Both the position numbers and the translations under genes were made by a program. A DNA stretch of 64,000 nucleotides, from the IMG/VR virus record IMGVR_UViG_3300031088_000821; one strand, written 5' to 3'. The notes below the pieces were generated by a model. That model had not been told where the DNA came from. It made no database searches and saw only the letters and a program-made list of their open reading frames with translations. Below are positions 55,294 through 64,000 of this stretch, in pieces. Numbering within the stretch: position 1 is the first letter of the stretch; the number at the start of each line of letters is the position of its first letter. The stretch is from an uncultured virus (IMG/VR IMGVR_UViG_3300031088_000821). Lineage: Duplodnaviria; Heunggongvirae; Uroviricota; Caudoviricetes.

Positions 55294-58200
55294 ATGAAAG
55301 CAGGAGCGGGCTACCTCCGGGAAGGTTCGGTGGCGAGGAAGACTCCGAAGCCTCGGGGGAGAGCTGTTTTTGCCTCTGTACTCATGGTTTTTGCGGTGCT
55401 CTTTGGCTTCGTAGCCACGGGCCCCCTAGTTGACAGCTTTATAGCTAACTCCTCCAATGGAACCCAGGGAATGACAGAAGCTTCCGCTATGTTCTGTCAG
55501 CCTCCCAGCCAGTCTTTGGGTTTCAACATGGAGAATCCACGGAGCTGGAGAACGGGAGCTTCCACCTATCCCCTGGATAATGTCTCCAGCAGAACACTCA
55601 ACGCCCAAGAGGTGGTTGGCAACGGCGCCCGCTTCGTTAACTTCTACGGCTTCGGCGTGCCAACGGGAACTTTTCTCTTCATTCCCGAAGATGAGGGACT
55701 GCCACAAGAGTCCGGTAAGGCATCCGAAGACAACAAAGACGCAGCTCTTGACACTGGAGTAATCGAGCGGGTAAAGAAAATCAGCGGCAACAGTGGAGTT
55801 GCGGTTGGCGACTGGTTCGAAAAAACCAATGGATCCCGCAGTGGAACCCAGTGTGCCTTTGGTTCGGTTGGAACTCTAGCCGCCAACGGAGTTCTTGGGC
55901 TCACCACGATTCTTACGCAGATCATGGGCGGCATTTCCTCCTTTGCCTTTACTCCCACCATCATCTGCGACTCCAGCAGCAATTCCACCGCACCTTGTGT
56001 GGATCTTGTTGGCATTATCGGTGGTGGCAATGGCAATCCCAGCGGCGGCATCATCGGCAATCTCACTAACAGCATCTACTTCCCCCTCCTGGTTATTGTG
56101 GGGCTTCTTGTAGCGGTTTGGATCATCATCAATGGCCTTGTAAAGAGGCAGTTCAGAGAAACACTCACTGGCGCTCTCTGGTGTGTGGTTGTGATGGTAG
56201 CCGGTGTCGCCCTGTTGGTTAATCCACAGATGCTAGCAAAGGCTCCCATGGCCGTGGGAAACACCATCGCCCAGTGTGTTATCGGCACCTTCACGGGTTC
56301 TGCAGGATGTGGAACCTCCGGAAGTAGCGCCCCCAGCACGGGTGAGCTCTGTGCCGCTGACACCGGCGGTTCGGGCATCAACAAGGCGCCTCTCACGATG
56401 GCGAATCTCAACTGTAAGCTCTGGGAAGCCTTTGTGCTTCAGCCCTACGCCCAGGGTTCCTTTGGTTTGCCCCTAGAGCAGCTCTATGTGGGTAGTGGGC
56501 ACTCGAACACAGAGGCGTCTAAAATAGTTGAAAAAGCAGGTTTGGATCCCAACAACTTCTGCATAAGCCTAAAGCCCAATGGTGCCCCTAGCCAGTATGC
56601 TAATGGAACACTGAAAGTCAGTGGTGGATCTTCGATTTGCAACATTGCGCTTTACCAAATGCTTCTCCAGGTGGATGTGCAGAATGGCTCCGCCGTGGAT
56701 AAGCCCAACAACATCGATCCCAGATGGCTCCAGCTTGCTATCTTTGCGGCATCCGATGACGGCACCTATAATGCCTGGGCCCCCAGCGATTTCCACGTCG
56801 GTCAAGTGGGGCTTGCCGGACTCGGGCTCATCGCCGCCGCCTGTGCTTCCCTGGTTATCGTGGTAACATCCGCCTTCGCTCTGGCCTTCTTCTTCATCTC
56901 CATTATCCTCATGGCCTTTGCACCGTTCTTCCTTCTGGCTGGTGTCCACCCGGGTAGAGGTAAGAAGATCATGCTGGGTTGGCTAGGGCAGGTACTTTCC
57001 AATCTCATGAAGTTCATCGCATCGGCGATCTTCCTGGTGATAACGGTGGCCATCTACTCCGCTGTGCTTTCGAGCGTTTCCAACTTGGGGGCAATGCTCA
57101 TATTTGTCATCATCCTCACGGTTGCTTTGCTCATGTACCGCAGGGAAATCGTGGACATGCTGGGCATCATCGACCTCGGCGGAGAAAAGCTCTCCAACAA
57201 GTTTGGCGAGAAGGTCATGGATCGTGTGAAGAATACTGGCAAAACAGCTATGGCTGTGGGTGCTGGTGTCACTGCCGGTGCTCTCTCCAACGGCTCCATC
57301 AATCCCTTTAAACCCTCCAACTGGACTCCAGGTAACCTCAAGAGCAACCTTCTCGACAATGTTCGGGCAGGAACGGACGCCGGCCGTCGATCCATTAAGT
57401 CGAGGCCCGGCGCACTGGGTGAGGTCTTCAAGGCCTCCGACAGGATCTCTGCTGAGAACAAGAGCCGAGTTCGTGAAAACAAGAGGAAGGCCGATGATTT
57501 CGCTTCGGAGGCCAATAGGAATCTTGTGGACGCCCAGGCCAAAGAGGCGGGCATCGAATCCAACATTGCCATGGTTGAGAACTCTTCGGCAGCTAAAATC
57601 GAAACGCTGGAGGGGAACCGCCAGGAAGCGCTTAACAGGCAGATTGCCATCACTTCGGCCAAGGACGAATACACCGAAGCTCAGGCTGCCGGCCTTGAGG
57701 CCATCTCCAACCCCGAAGTGCGGGAGCTCCAGGATCTCCTCAACCAGATCAAGGATCTGGAAATCAATGCCACCATTGCAGAGGAAAGTGGCAAGCTGGA
57801 AGAGGCCGCCCAATTCCGCGAGCAGGCAGAGAACCTTGGAGCCAGGGCGGAAACCATTCGCTCGGAGCTCACCCAGGATGAAATCGACCTTGGCCAGCGG
57901 GAATACCGCCAAGAAGTCGCTGCCAACGTGTCCAGCGACAAGATCAACAGCTCCAATGTGGATATCTATGAGTCCCGCGTCCACGACGTGTTCAAGGACA
58001 CCATGGCAACGATTGCGGGCACGGACTACCAGATCATCCAGGAGAAGGAACGGGCGCAGGCCGAACTCAATGATCTCAGCGCGGCCAAGATTACGGCTGC
58101 AGATGAGGTAGAGGATGCTAGAACAGCTTCCGAAAACGCCGCTGCTGCTGCGGGCTACGCCAACGAGGTGTCCAGGAATATAAGGCCCGGCGAGGTGGTG

Positions 58201-59718
58201 AGAACAGCCAATGTGCGTAAGCAGGAGAAGCTGATATCTGATCACCAGAACAACAGGCAAAAGGATATTCTTGCAGAGGCTGGGGTAGCGAAATCCGAAG
58301 CTGACAACTTTGCTGACCTCCGTGAGGATGCAGATAGCCGTGCGGATCTAGCAGTTCAGGCTGGAGCTAATGCTCGCGTAGCTGCAATGGAGGCTAGAGA
58401 GAACCAGAGAGCCACTCGACAGGAAATCGATGCTCGCACTGCTCAAATAGAGGACAAAGTATTTGCTGAAAGTTCCAGGGAACTCCAGCCGGCGCTTACC
58501 GAGAAATGGGCCCGAAATGGCGAGGGCTGGCAGAAAGAATATGCAGCTATCGCCGAACAGCGGATGAAGCTCACAGAACAGGATAGGAACATTTCGCAGA
58601 TGGAAGCCGATGGAGCTTCCTCCTATGACGTGGATGTGGCAAAGCAAATGCGGAACGCCATCCAGGAATCCGTCAATGCTTCGGAAGTCCAGTTCAAAAA
58701 GTCCACCGGCATCAATGCCGCCGATGCTCGCACGGCCTTCAATGGGGCTCTAAGGGAAGAAATGGCCTCATCGAGGCCCGATCTCCTACAGCGGCACGAA
58801 GCTACTGTCAATGCCCAGGTGGAGCTAGAAACGGCCGATCTTCGTGGCCGAGAAGCGCAGTATGAAGCAGAGTTCCAGGCCCAGCGAAAGATCGTCCAAG
58901 ATTCCCAAGTGGAACAGCGCCAAGCCGCCAAGGATGGGGAAATCTTTGACAGGGCCCACCGAAAAGCAACCTCGGCAGCAACCTTTGCGGAGCGAAAGAC
59001 AGGCGAAACACCCCAGGCCGGAAAAGACGCGGATAGAATCCAATCCAAGACAGGTCGCAAGGTGCAATCCGCTAGAAAGCTCGGCGACAAGGCGAATGGC
59101 AACAGGGGCTTGCCAACGGGTAGCCCGACGGAGTCTGCCACTCAGGGTCCTCAGCAGGAAACAACCCAAGCTCCCCAGCAATCCACTCCAGTCACCCCTG
59201 AACCGCTAATCCAAACTAGGCCCTCCAAGCAGCCTCAGCAGCAGGCTCCCCGCGCTACCGAGCAGCCCTCTAAGCGACCCGAGCATAGCTCCCCGGCTTT
59301 CCCCAAACAGCCGAGCGAAAGCAAGCCAGCTAGGCCCGAGCGTCCTTCTAAGCGGCCCCAGCAGCAGGAGCCTCAACAGCAAGCTCCCGAGAGACCCGCT
59401 CAGACTCCACGAGCCACCGAGCAGCCCTCTAAGCGACCCGAGCATACCTCCCCGGCTTTCCCCAAACAGCCGAGCGAAAGCAAGCCAGCTAGACGACCCC
59501 AGCTCGATGGAGAAAAACCCGTCGGAGGAAAATCCACCAATGGAAACAGGGGCCCACTAGGAAAAGATGATCCTCTAAGTCTCAATGATAGCAACTTGAC
59601 TAATTTTCTAGACGATGATATTCCACTTCCCGAACCGGACATTGAAGACGATCCCTACGCAGGTTTCGACCCCGACCGGATTCCCGAAGACCCAAGCGGC
59701 TTCGATGACATTAGGTAA
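55294..59718 (+). CDS. Giant polytopic conjugation membrane protein (VirB6/TcpH-like) with coiled-coil and Pro/Gln tail
   Basis: Multiple TM clusters, LWEAFVLQPY..FG, APFFLLAGVHPGRGK..GW; long hydrophilic C-terminus. Confidence 0.7.
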   Translation: MKAGAGYLREGSVARKTPKPRGRAVFASVLMVFAVLFGFVATGPLVDSFIANSSNGTQGMTEASAMFCQPPSQSLGFNMENPRSWRTGASTYPLDNVSSRTLNAQEVVGNGARFVNFYGFGVPTGTFLFIPEDEGLPQESGKASEDNKDAALDTGVIERVKKISGNSGVAVGDWFEKTNGSRSGTQCAFGSVGTLAANGVLGLTTILTQIMGGISSFAFTPTIICDSSSNSTAPCVDLVGIIGGGNGNPSGGIIGNLTNSIYFPLLVIVGLLVAVWIIINGLVKRQFRETLTGALWCVVVMVAGVALLVNPQMLAKAPMAVGNTIAQCVIGTFTGSAGCGTSGSSAPSTGELCAADTGGSGINKAPLTMANLNCKLWEAFVLQPYAQGSFGLPLEQLYVGSGHSNTEASKIVEKAGLDPNNFCISLKPNGAPSQYANGTLKVSGGSSICNIALYQMLLQVDVQNGSAVDKPNNIDPRWLQLAIFAASDDGTYNAWAPSDFHVGQVGLAGLGLIAAACASLVIVVTSAFALAFFFISIILMAFAPFFLLAGVHPGRGKKIMLGWLGQVLSNLMKFIASAIFLVITVAIYSAVLSSVSNLGAMLIFVIILTVALLMYRREIVDMLGIIDLGGEKLSNKFGEKVMDRVKNTGKTAMAVGAGVTAGALSNGSINPFKPSNWTPGNLKSNLLDNVRAGTDAGRRSIKSRPGALGEVFKASDRISAENKSRVRENKRKADDFASEANRNLVDAQAKEAGIESNIAMVENSSAAKIETLEGNRQEALNRQIAITSAKDEYTEAQAAGLEAISNPEVRELQDLLNQIKDLEINATIAEESGKLEEAAQFREQAENLGARAETIRSELTQDEIDLGQREYRQEVAANVSSDKINSSNVDIYESRVHDVFKDTMATIAGTDYQIIQEKERAQAELNDLSAAKITAADEVEDARTASENAAAAAGYANEVSRNIRPGEVVRTANVRKQEKLISDHQNNRQKDILAEAGVAKSEADNFADLREDADSRADLAVQAGANARVAAMEARENQRATRQEIDARTAQIEDKVFAESSRELQPALTEKWARNGEGWQKEYAAIAEQRMKLTEQDRNISQMEADGASSYDVDVAKQMRNAIQESVNASEVQFKKSTGINAADARTAFNGALREEMASSRPDLLQRHEATVNAQVELETADLRGREAQYEAEFQAQRKIVQDSQVEQRQAAKDGEIFDRAHRKATSAATFAERKTGETPQAGKDADRIQSKTGRKVQSARKLGDKANGNRGLPTGSPTESATQGPQQETTQAPQQSTPVTPEPLIQTRPSKQPQQQAPRATEQPSKRPEHSSPAFPKQPSESKPARPERPSKRPQQQEPQQQAPERPAQTPRATEQPSKRPEHTSPAFPKQPSESKPARRPQLDGEKPVGGKSTNGNRGPLGKDDPLSLNDSNLTNFLDDDIPLPEPDIEDDPYAGFDPDRIPEDPSGFDDIR
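59257..59492 (+). repeat. 77-bp direct repeat (59257-59333 and 59416-59492, 1 mismatch) in the VirB6-like tail
   Basis: Encodes TEQPSKRPEH(S/T)SPAFPKQPSESKPAR twice, period 159 bp. Confidence 0.9.
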
Positions 59719-59724
59719 TAGGTA

Positions 59725-61311
59725 ATGGCTGAAGATAGGAACAACCAGGAGGACAGCCTAGAGCAAGGCCGGGAGAATGTCACCCCCGAAGACGCTTCTA
59801 GAAATGATCCTGCTCAGGCCTCCAAGGGGGGAGCTGAAAAAGTGGGGGATAAGGCCAATAACCTTGGCCAGAGCATCCTCGACAAGGGAAAGAATCTCGG
59901 CGGTGGCCTGAAAGATAAGGCTGGCAGTGCCATAGACAAAGCGGCCGAAGGTGACGGCGCTACCGCAAAGGCCGCCCAAGCTGTTCAGGCGACCCAGCGG
60001 GTAGCTAAGACTGCCGCCGGAGTAGTTGACACAGTAAAGAACATCGCCTCCGCTACGGCGAGCTTTGTGTCCTCCCTTTTCAATCCCGCCACTTGGATCG
60101 CCATTGGCGTGATCGTGGCGGTAGTTCTAGCTACTTTGGGTATAGTCACGGGAATCCAGGTCTACGGCAAAAACGAGGTTGAGTGCTCTACCACTACATC
60201 TTCCGCTGGTGGCGATGCCGGAGACCTCGTCCTCGAGGGTTCCACCGAAGAAAAAGCGGCCGCGATGATGAAGTGGCTCATGACCCATAAGTTCGGTGGA
60301 GTCTTCGGTGACAAGCCGATGACTAAAGAGCAAGCGGCTGGCGTGGCTGGCAACTCCTTTGTTGAATCTTCTTTCAACCCTTCTATCCAAAACGACATCG
60401 GAGCTTCTGGTTTATTCCAGTGGTTGGGTGGAAGAAAAACCGCTCTGGATGCCTTCGCCGCTAGTCAAGGAACCCAGTGGTCAGATCCCACTACACAGAT
60501 GCTCTATCTCGCCCATGAGCTCGAAACTAGCCACAGCGCCGCGGCGGAAGCTTTCCTCGCGGCGGGTCCCGGGCCCCGAGAATACGCCTACACTTGGGAT
60601 GACAAGTTTGAAATATCTGGCCACGCTGCCATTGACCAGAGAATGGGCATGGCTGAGGAGTTCTTCAAGCTCAACATAGATGGCGTGAAAACATCCGCCA
60701 ACAGGGGTGGCTCCAACTGTGATGCTGGGGGCGCTGGAATCAACTCCGAACTCGTGGGTAGGCTAATCCAAAGAGCAGAGTTCCTTCGAGATCACTCCGG
60801 AGAAGTGAGTACGGCTGTGAGCTTCATGAACAAATATGGCGGTTCAGCGGAAGGTATCGCTGGTCACGCTGACAATCCATGGGCCGTTGCCTGCCCAAAC
60901 ATCGTGGGCATCATTTGGGGGCTACCGCCCAAGGGGTTGGGTGCCATGGGCCACTCCAACGCTAAAGCTAACTATGACGCTATGAAAGCGGCGGGCATAG
61001 AGCCCGTTGCATGGGCGTTCCCCGGAAGCAGCTCTCCGGGAGCTGAAATATCTGATCCTCCTCCAGGGGCCATCGTACAGGCAACTCCTAACCACACCTT
61101 TGTGGTGTTGACCGAGCAGGGACACATCATTGACAACACTTGGACTGTTCCCGGCAAGGGCAAGGAGTTTACGCTTCTTGACGAAAGAGGCGGCGGTACA
61201 GGTGGCGCGCGCAGCGACATAACTGGCTGGGTACTTCCCTCCGAAAACTTCGAAGGAGAGTTTCTCAACGACCAAGATCTTGCCCCTCTTCCCGACTGGG
61301 CAACTTCTTGA
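59725..61311 (+). CDS. Conjugative peptidoglycan hydrolase (phage tail-type lysozyme domain plus possible CHAP-like domain)
   Basis: AAGVAGN..VESSFNP..GASGLFQW.GGRK..Q..YL.HEL; C-terminal C..H pair. Confidence 0.78.
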   Translation: MAEDRNNQEDSLEQGRENVTPEDASRNDPAQASKGGAEKVGDKANNLGQSILDKGKNLGGGLKDKAGSAIDKAAEGDGATAKAAQAVQATQRVAKTAAGVVDTVKNIASATASFVSSLFNPATWIAIGVIVAVVLATLGIVTGIQVYGKNEVECSTTTSSAGGDAGDLVLEGSTEEKAAAMMKWLMTHKFGGVFGDKPMTKEQAAGVAGNSFVESSFNPSIQNDIGASGLFQWLGGRKTALDAFAASQGTQWSDPTTQMLYLAHELETSHSAAAEAFLAAGPGPREYAYTWDDKFEISGHAAIDQRMGMAEEFFKLNIDGVKTSANRGGSNCDAGGAGINSELVGRLIQRAEFLRDHSGEVSTAVSFMNKYGGSAEGIAGHADNPWAVACPNIVGIIWGLPPKGLGAMGHSNAKANYDAMKAAGIEPVAWAFPGSSSPGAEISDPPPGAIVQATPNHTFVVLTEQGHIIDNTWTVPGKGKEFTLLDERGGGTGGARSDITGWVLPSENFEGEFLNDQDLAPLPDWATS

Positions 61312-61349
61312 GAAGCGTGATGTTAGGATGGCTCTGAAAGGAGTGGGAA

Positions 61350-62150
61350 ATGGATAAGAAAAGGTTCCTCTTGGTTCTGCTTGGGTTTTTGGCGGCCATT
61401 GCGGTGCTTCTTGTTTTCATTTTCTCCAATGCTGGTGGAGGGGAGGATCCTGAAGTGACTGAAACAACCGAGCCCGAAGACGTAACGGTAGATCTCACCC
61501 TGAGCGCCATGGATAAGGACAAGATAACAACTGTGCTCAAGACCTTTGAGGAGAATGCTGGAACGTATGGCATTCCCCTGGAGACGCTCCTGGTTAAGGA
61601 TAAGCTCATTGCCTACGCTGAAAACATTGCAAATCCCCAGGGGGTCTATACCCGCACAGACTTCATGGACATAGAGAAGGCCCAGAGAGCCATTAGCTCT
61701 GTGACTGATGAATACGCCAATGTCGAAGTCACTGACATAGATTTCAAGTACAGTGAGCCCTATTTTGTCTCCACCGTTTTCAAGGATGCTACTTTCCCCG
61801 AGCAGGCTGAGAGCAAGGTGGGCAATCGGATGGTGACTCTGGAGATCCCCTTCGAAACAACTGCCCATTTTGTTCACTACTACACCAATAGCACAGACGC
61901 CTTCGTGACCAAGCAGGTGGTGGGTGGTAACCTCACCATCTCCTTTGTGGAGAAGGACTCCAAATGGCTCATATACAGCGCTAGCGATGACGCTGAGGTG
62001 CTCCTCACAGACTACAGGTACACCGTGCTAAACGGTGAAGTCACCCCCAAGAACCAGAGCTTCATTCGGGCCTATGAGCGTAGCCGCGTGAACGAGTCTG
62101 GTGATCTGGTGGACACAGAGGATGTAGCTGCAGCTAGAGGACTCAAGTAG
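61350..62150 (+). CDS. Membrane-anchored protein (conjugation-associated)
   Basis: MDKKRF + TM; C-terminal FVEKDSKWLI. Confidence 0.65.
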   Translation: MDKKRFLLVLLGFLAAIAVLLVFIFSNAGGGEDPEVTETTEPEDVTVDLTLSAMDKDKITTVLKTFEENAGTYGIPLETLLVKDKLIAYAENIANPQGVYTRTDFMDIEKAQRAISSVTDEYANVEVTDIDFKYSEPYFVSTVFKDATFPEQAESKVGNRMVTLEIPFETTAHFVHYYTNSTDAFVTKQVVGGNLTISFVEKDSKWLIYSASDDAEVLLTDYRYTVLNGEVTPKNQSFIRAYERSRVNESGDLVDTEDVAAARGLK

Positions 62151-62154
62151 CCCC

Positions 62155-63009
62155 ATGGATAAGAAAAAGTTCATTCTCTATAGCTCCATTTTGGCGGCTA
62201 TAGCGGTGATTGCTCTGGGTTTCTTCCTTTGGCCTCAAGCCACTACACTCGATGATGATCTCGCGGGCGGTTCCTATGAGATTAGCAAAGAAGATAAGCT
62301 CCAAATCGAACTAGCAGCCTCCAACTTTGTAGGACTTGCAGGCATCATGGGTATCGATGTGGAAGCTGCACAGCAGGGAGAGGGAATCAGCGCCGAAAAG
62401 GCTGAAATGCTGGTTGTGAGCCAGGCTCTCAACTTCTCCGCCCCCAATGGCGCCAGTGACTACGATGGACTTCTCTATTTCCTCTCCGCCACTCGCGCCT
62501 ACGAATCTGCCGCTGAGGTCTTTCTTCCCGGCTCAACGAGCTTTCCCACAGCTGGCAACACAGGCTCTGTGAACAATGAGCTGCTGACTGAAGATCTCGT
62601 AAGCTTTCACAGCTCCTATCTGTCCACGGAGTTTCCCTCTCGTGGATCCTATTACGTGCCAAGCGGAGCGGATGCAGAGGCAGCGCTACCTTCGGTCACA
62701 GTTGTCGTTTCCACGGATTCGGAGATAAGTTCCCGAAAGATGACAGATTTTGAGGCTGATGGCACAGCGACCATGGCGAAGACGAGCTGGGAAGGAACAC
62801 ACCAGACTAAGCTCAGATTTGTAAAAGATGGGGATAGTTGGCTCATCGAGTCTGTGATAACTATGGATGATGGCTTCCCCGTTTTCCCGATGGAGACCGA
62901 AGAGCTCACCAGGGGCAATCTCCAGCTGGCCCTGGAAAAGGGCCACACCACGGAGAGCCGAGTCCAGCTCTTCTCCAATTCCGACGAAGAGACCCAAACA
63001 GAGGAGTAA
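62155..63009 (+). CDS. Membrane-anchored protein, probable paralog of the previous gene
   Basis: MDKKKF + TM; FVKDGDSWLI. Confidence 0.65.
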   Translation: MDKKKFILYSSILAAIAVIALGFFLWPQATTLDDDLAGGSYEISKEDKLQIELAASNFVGLAGIMGIDVEAAQQGEGISAEKAEMLVVSQALNFSAPNGASDYDGLLYFLSATRAYESAAEVFLPGSTSFPTAGNTGSVNNELLTEDLVSFHSSYLSTEFPSRGSYYVPSGADAEAALPSVTVVVSTDSEISSRKMTDFEADGTATMAKTSWEGTHQTKLRFVKDGDSWLIESVITMDDGFPVFPMETEELTRGNLQLALEKGHTTESRVQLFSNSDEETQTEE

Positions 63010-63011
63010 GC

Positions 63012-63659
63012 ATGGCTGAAAACAAACCTCATACAGATGGCGATCTAACGGCCGCTAATACCGAAGATGATGTGACTGTCGATGGCGCCGCAGAAGTCGC
63101 TCAGACAGCGTCCTCGAGCCATCTAGAGGCCCAACAAGACAAATCCGATGAGAGCATCGCGCTCCAGGAGCAGCTGTTGGAGGACCTCGACAGCCAGGAG
63201 CCAGAAGGGGAAGCCCTCGAGGGGAGCCCCACCAAATCGGACGACTACTTCGAAGATGACGAGCTCGCCCTCTCCCGAGATGAAATCCTTTCGGAAGATA
63301 GCTCTTCGGTTATAGCGAAACAACAGGAGGGGGTTGTCTCCTGGGAGATATCGGGCGTCTATGACGAGAACGGCAAAGTTCGAAGCAAGTACGCTCTGCG
63401 AAATAGTCCTCCTTTGCTACAGGTGAGAGACTCGCTGGGCAATCAGGCTGATTTCCTTCTAACCAAAGATCTTTCTGGCTCTTTGGCTAAAAACTTCGAT
63501 GATCTTCACAGAGCCTACTACGGCATTAGACCTCGCTCAGAAATGACCACTAGGGAAAAGCTCGGTGAGATCAAATCGGGGCTCCGAGATCACATGGGTA
63601 AAGTCATCGTGGTGGGCGGAATACTTTTGGCGCTCATCGTGTTTGGCATTTTTTACTAA
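63012..63659 (+). CDS. Acidic protein with C-terminal TM
   Basis: GAGGAG SD; tail anchor. Confidence 0.65.
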   Translation: MAENKPHTDGDLTAANTEDDVTVDGAAEVAQTASSSHLEAQQDKSDESIALQEQLLEDLDSQEPEGEALEGSPTKSDDYFEDDELALSRDEILSEDSSSVIAKQQEGVVSWEISGVYDENGKVRSKYALRNSPPLLQVRDSLGNQADFLLTKDLSGSLAKNFDDLHRAYYGIRPRSEMTTREKLGEIKSGLRDHMGKVIVVGGILLALIVFGIFY

Positions 63660-63773
63660 GTCCGATCCATCGTTCAGCCAGACAGACATCGCCCAACTAA
63701 TGGGAGCGTCAGCCCTTAGCTCAGCGATATTGGCTGTCATCTATAAGCTTCAGCCTTGGAAGGGTGGAAATCT

Positions 63774-64000
63774 GTGTCTAGCTCGCCTGGCATCAGCGCT
63801 TCAGAGGTGAGGATAGCCAAGAAAATCGCCTATAAGATATGGGCTAAAAAGGCTCTGCGAGCCATCTTGGGCCTCTTCGTTGTGGCGCTCATTGGCTATG
63901 CGCTCATAGCGGCCACCATGACTCGCTTCGTACCCACTAATTTGGGTGTGGTGGAAGTTGTTTCCCCCAACTTCCCCGGGGGCCAAGCTAACCCTGGAAC
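63774..64000 (+). CDS. Partial membrane protein running off the window end
   Basis: GTG start, open frame MSSSPGISASEVRIAKK..AILGLFVVALIGYALIAA..; not in the supplied ORF track. Confidence 0.55.
   Translation, partial: MSSSPGISASEVRIAKKIAYKIWAKKALRAILGLFVVALIGYALIAATMTRFVPTNLGVVEVVSPNFPGGQANPG

Noticed and set aside
56983..58260. 425-aa minus-strand ORF (likewise 26834-27901, 9712-10584, 49134-49997, 44228-45079)
   Set aside because: Antisense shadows of well-supported plus-strand genes.
59725..61311. Phage tail gene suggesting a prophage
   Set aside because: The lysozyme domain is TM-anchored and follows the VirB6-like gene, as in conjugative hydrolases; no virion genes in the window.
1..64000. 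CRISPR array, tRNA, rRNA, IS/transposase or integrase
   Set aside because: No regularly spaced repeats, cloverleafs or transposase/recombinase motifs found by eye; a tRNAscan/CRISPR scan was not run.

Overview
Nearly all genes lie on the + strand (two exceptions). The window looks like part of a very large actinobacterial (Micrococcales-like, inferred) conjugative megaplasmid or ICE; GC is roughly mid-50s % by eye. No capsid, terminase, tail, rRNA, tRNA or CRISPR was seen. Layout: (1) 1-11.5 kb holds nrdI, trxB and an accessory zone in which five otherwise unrelated proteins share one N-terminal His-Cys-Cys-His module, each gene preceded by TTAGAA(C); tRNA-repair and alarmone-hydrolase enzymes are among them or nearby. 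(2) 11.5-18.5 kb is a solute-binding/vWA + three paralogous membrane proteins + TelA operon. (3) 18.6-42 kb holds phage-like DNA/nucleotide metabolism and replication genes: DEDDh exonuclease, dNMP kinase, nucleotidyltransferase, type IIA topoisomerase B subunit, Prim-Pol Rep-like protein, ThyX-like, NrdH, a topA split by an intervening ORF, a glycosyltransferase and dnaG. (4) 42-64 kb is a Gram-positive-type conjugation region: VirD4-like, TcpC-like, pilin, N-half of a VirB4-like protein, HNH nuclease, double-RHH protein, TadE-like proteins, PhoH2, VirB6-like protein and a lysozyme. The strongest novelty candidate is the shared N-terminal HCCH tag with its own upstream motif. All calls come from motif recognition by eye; no database was searched.
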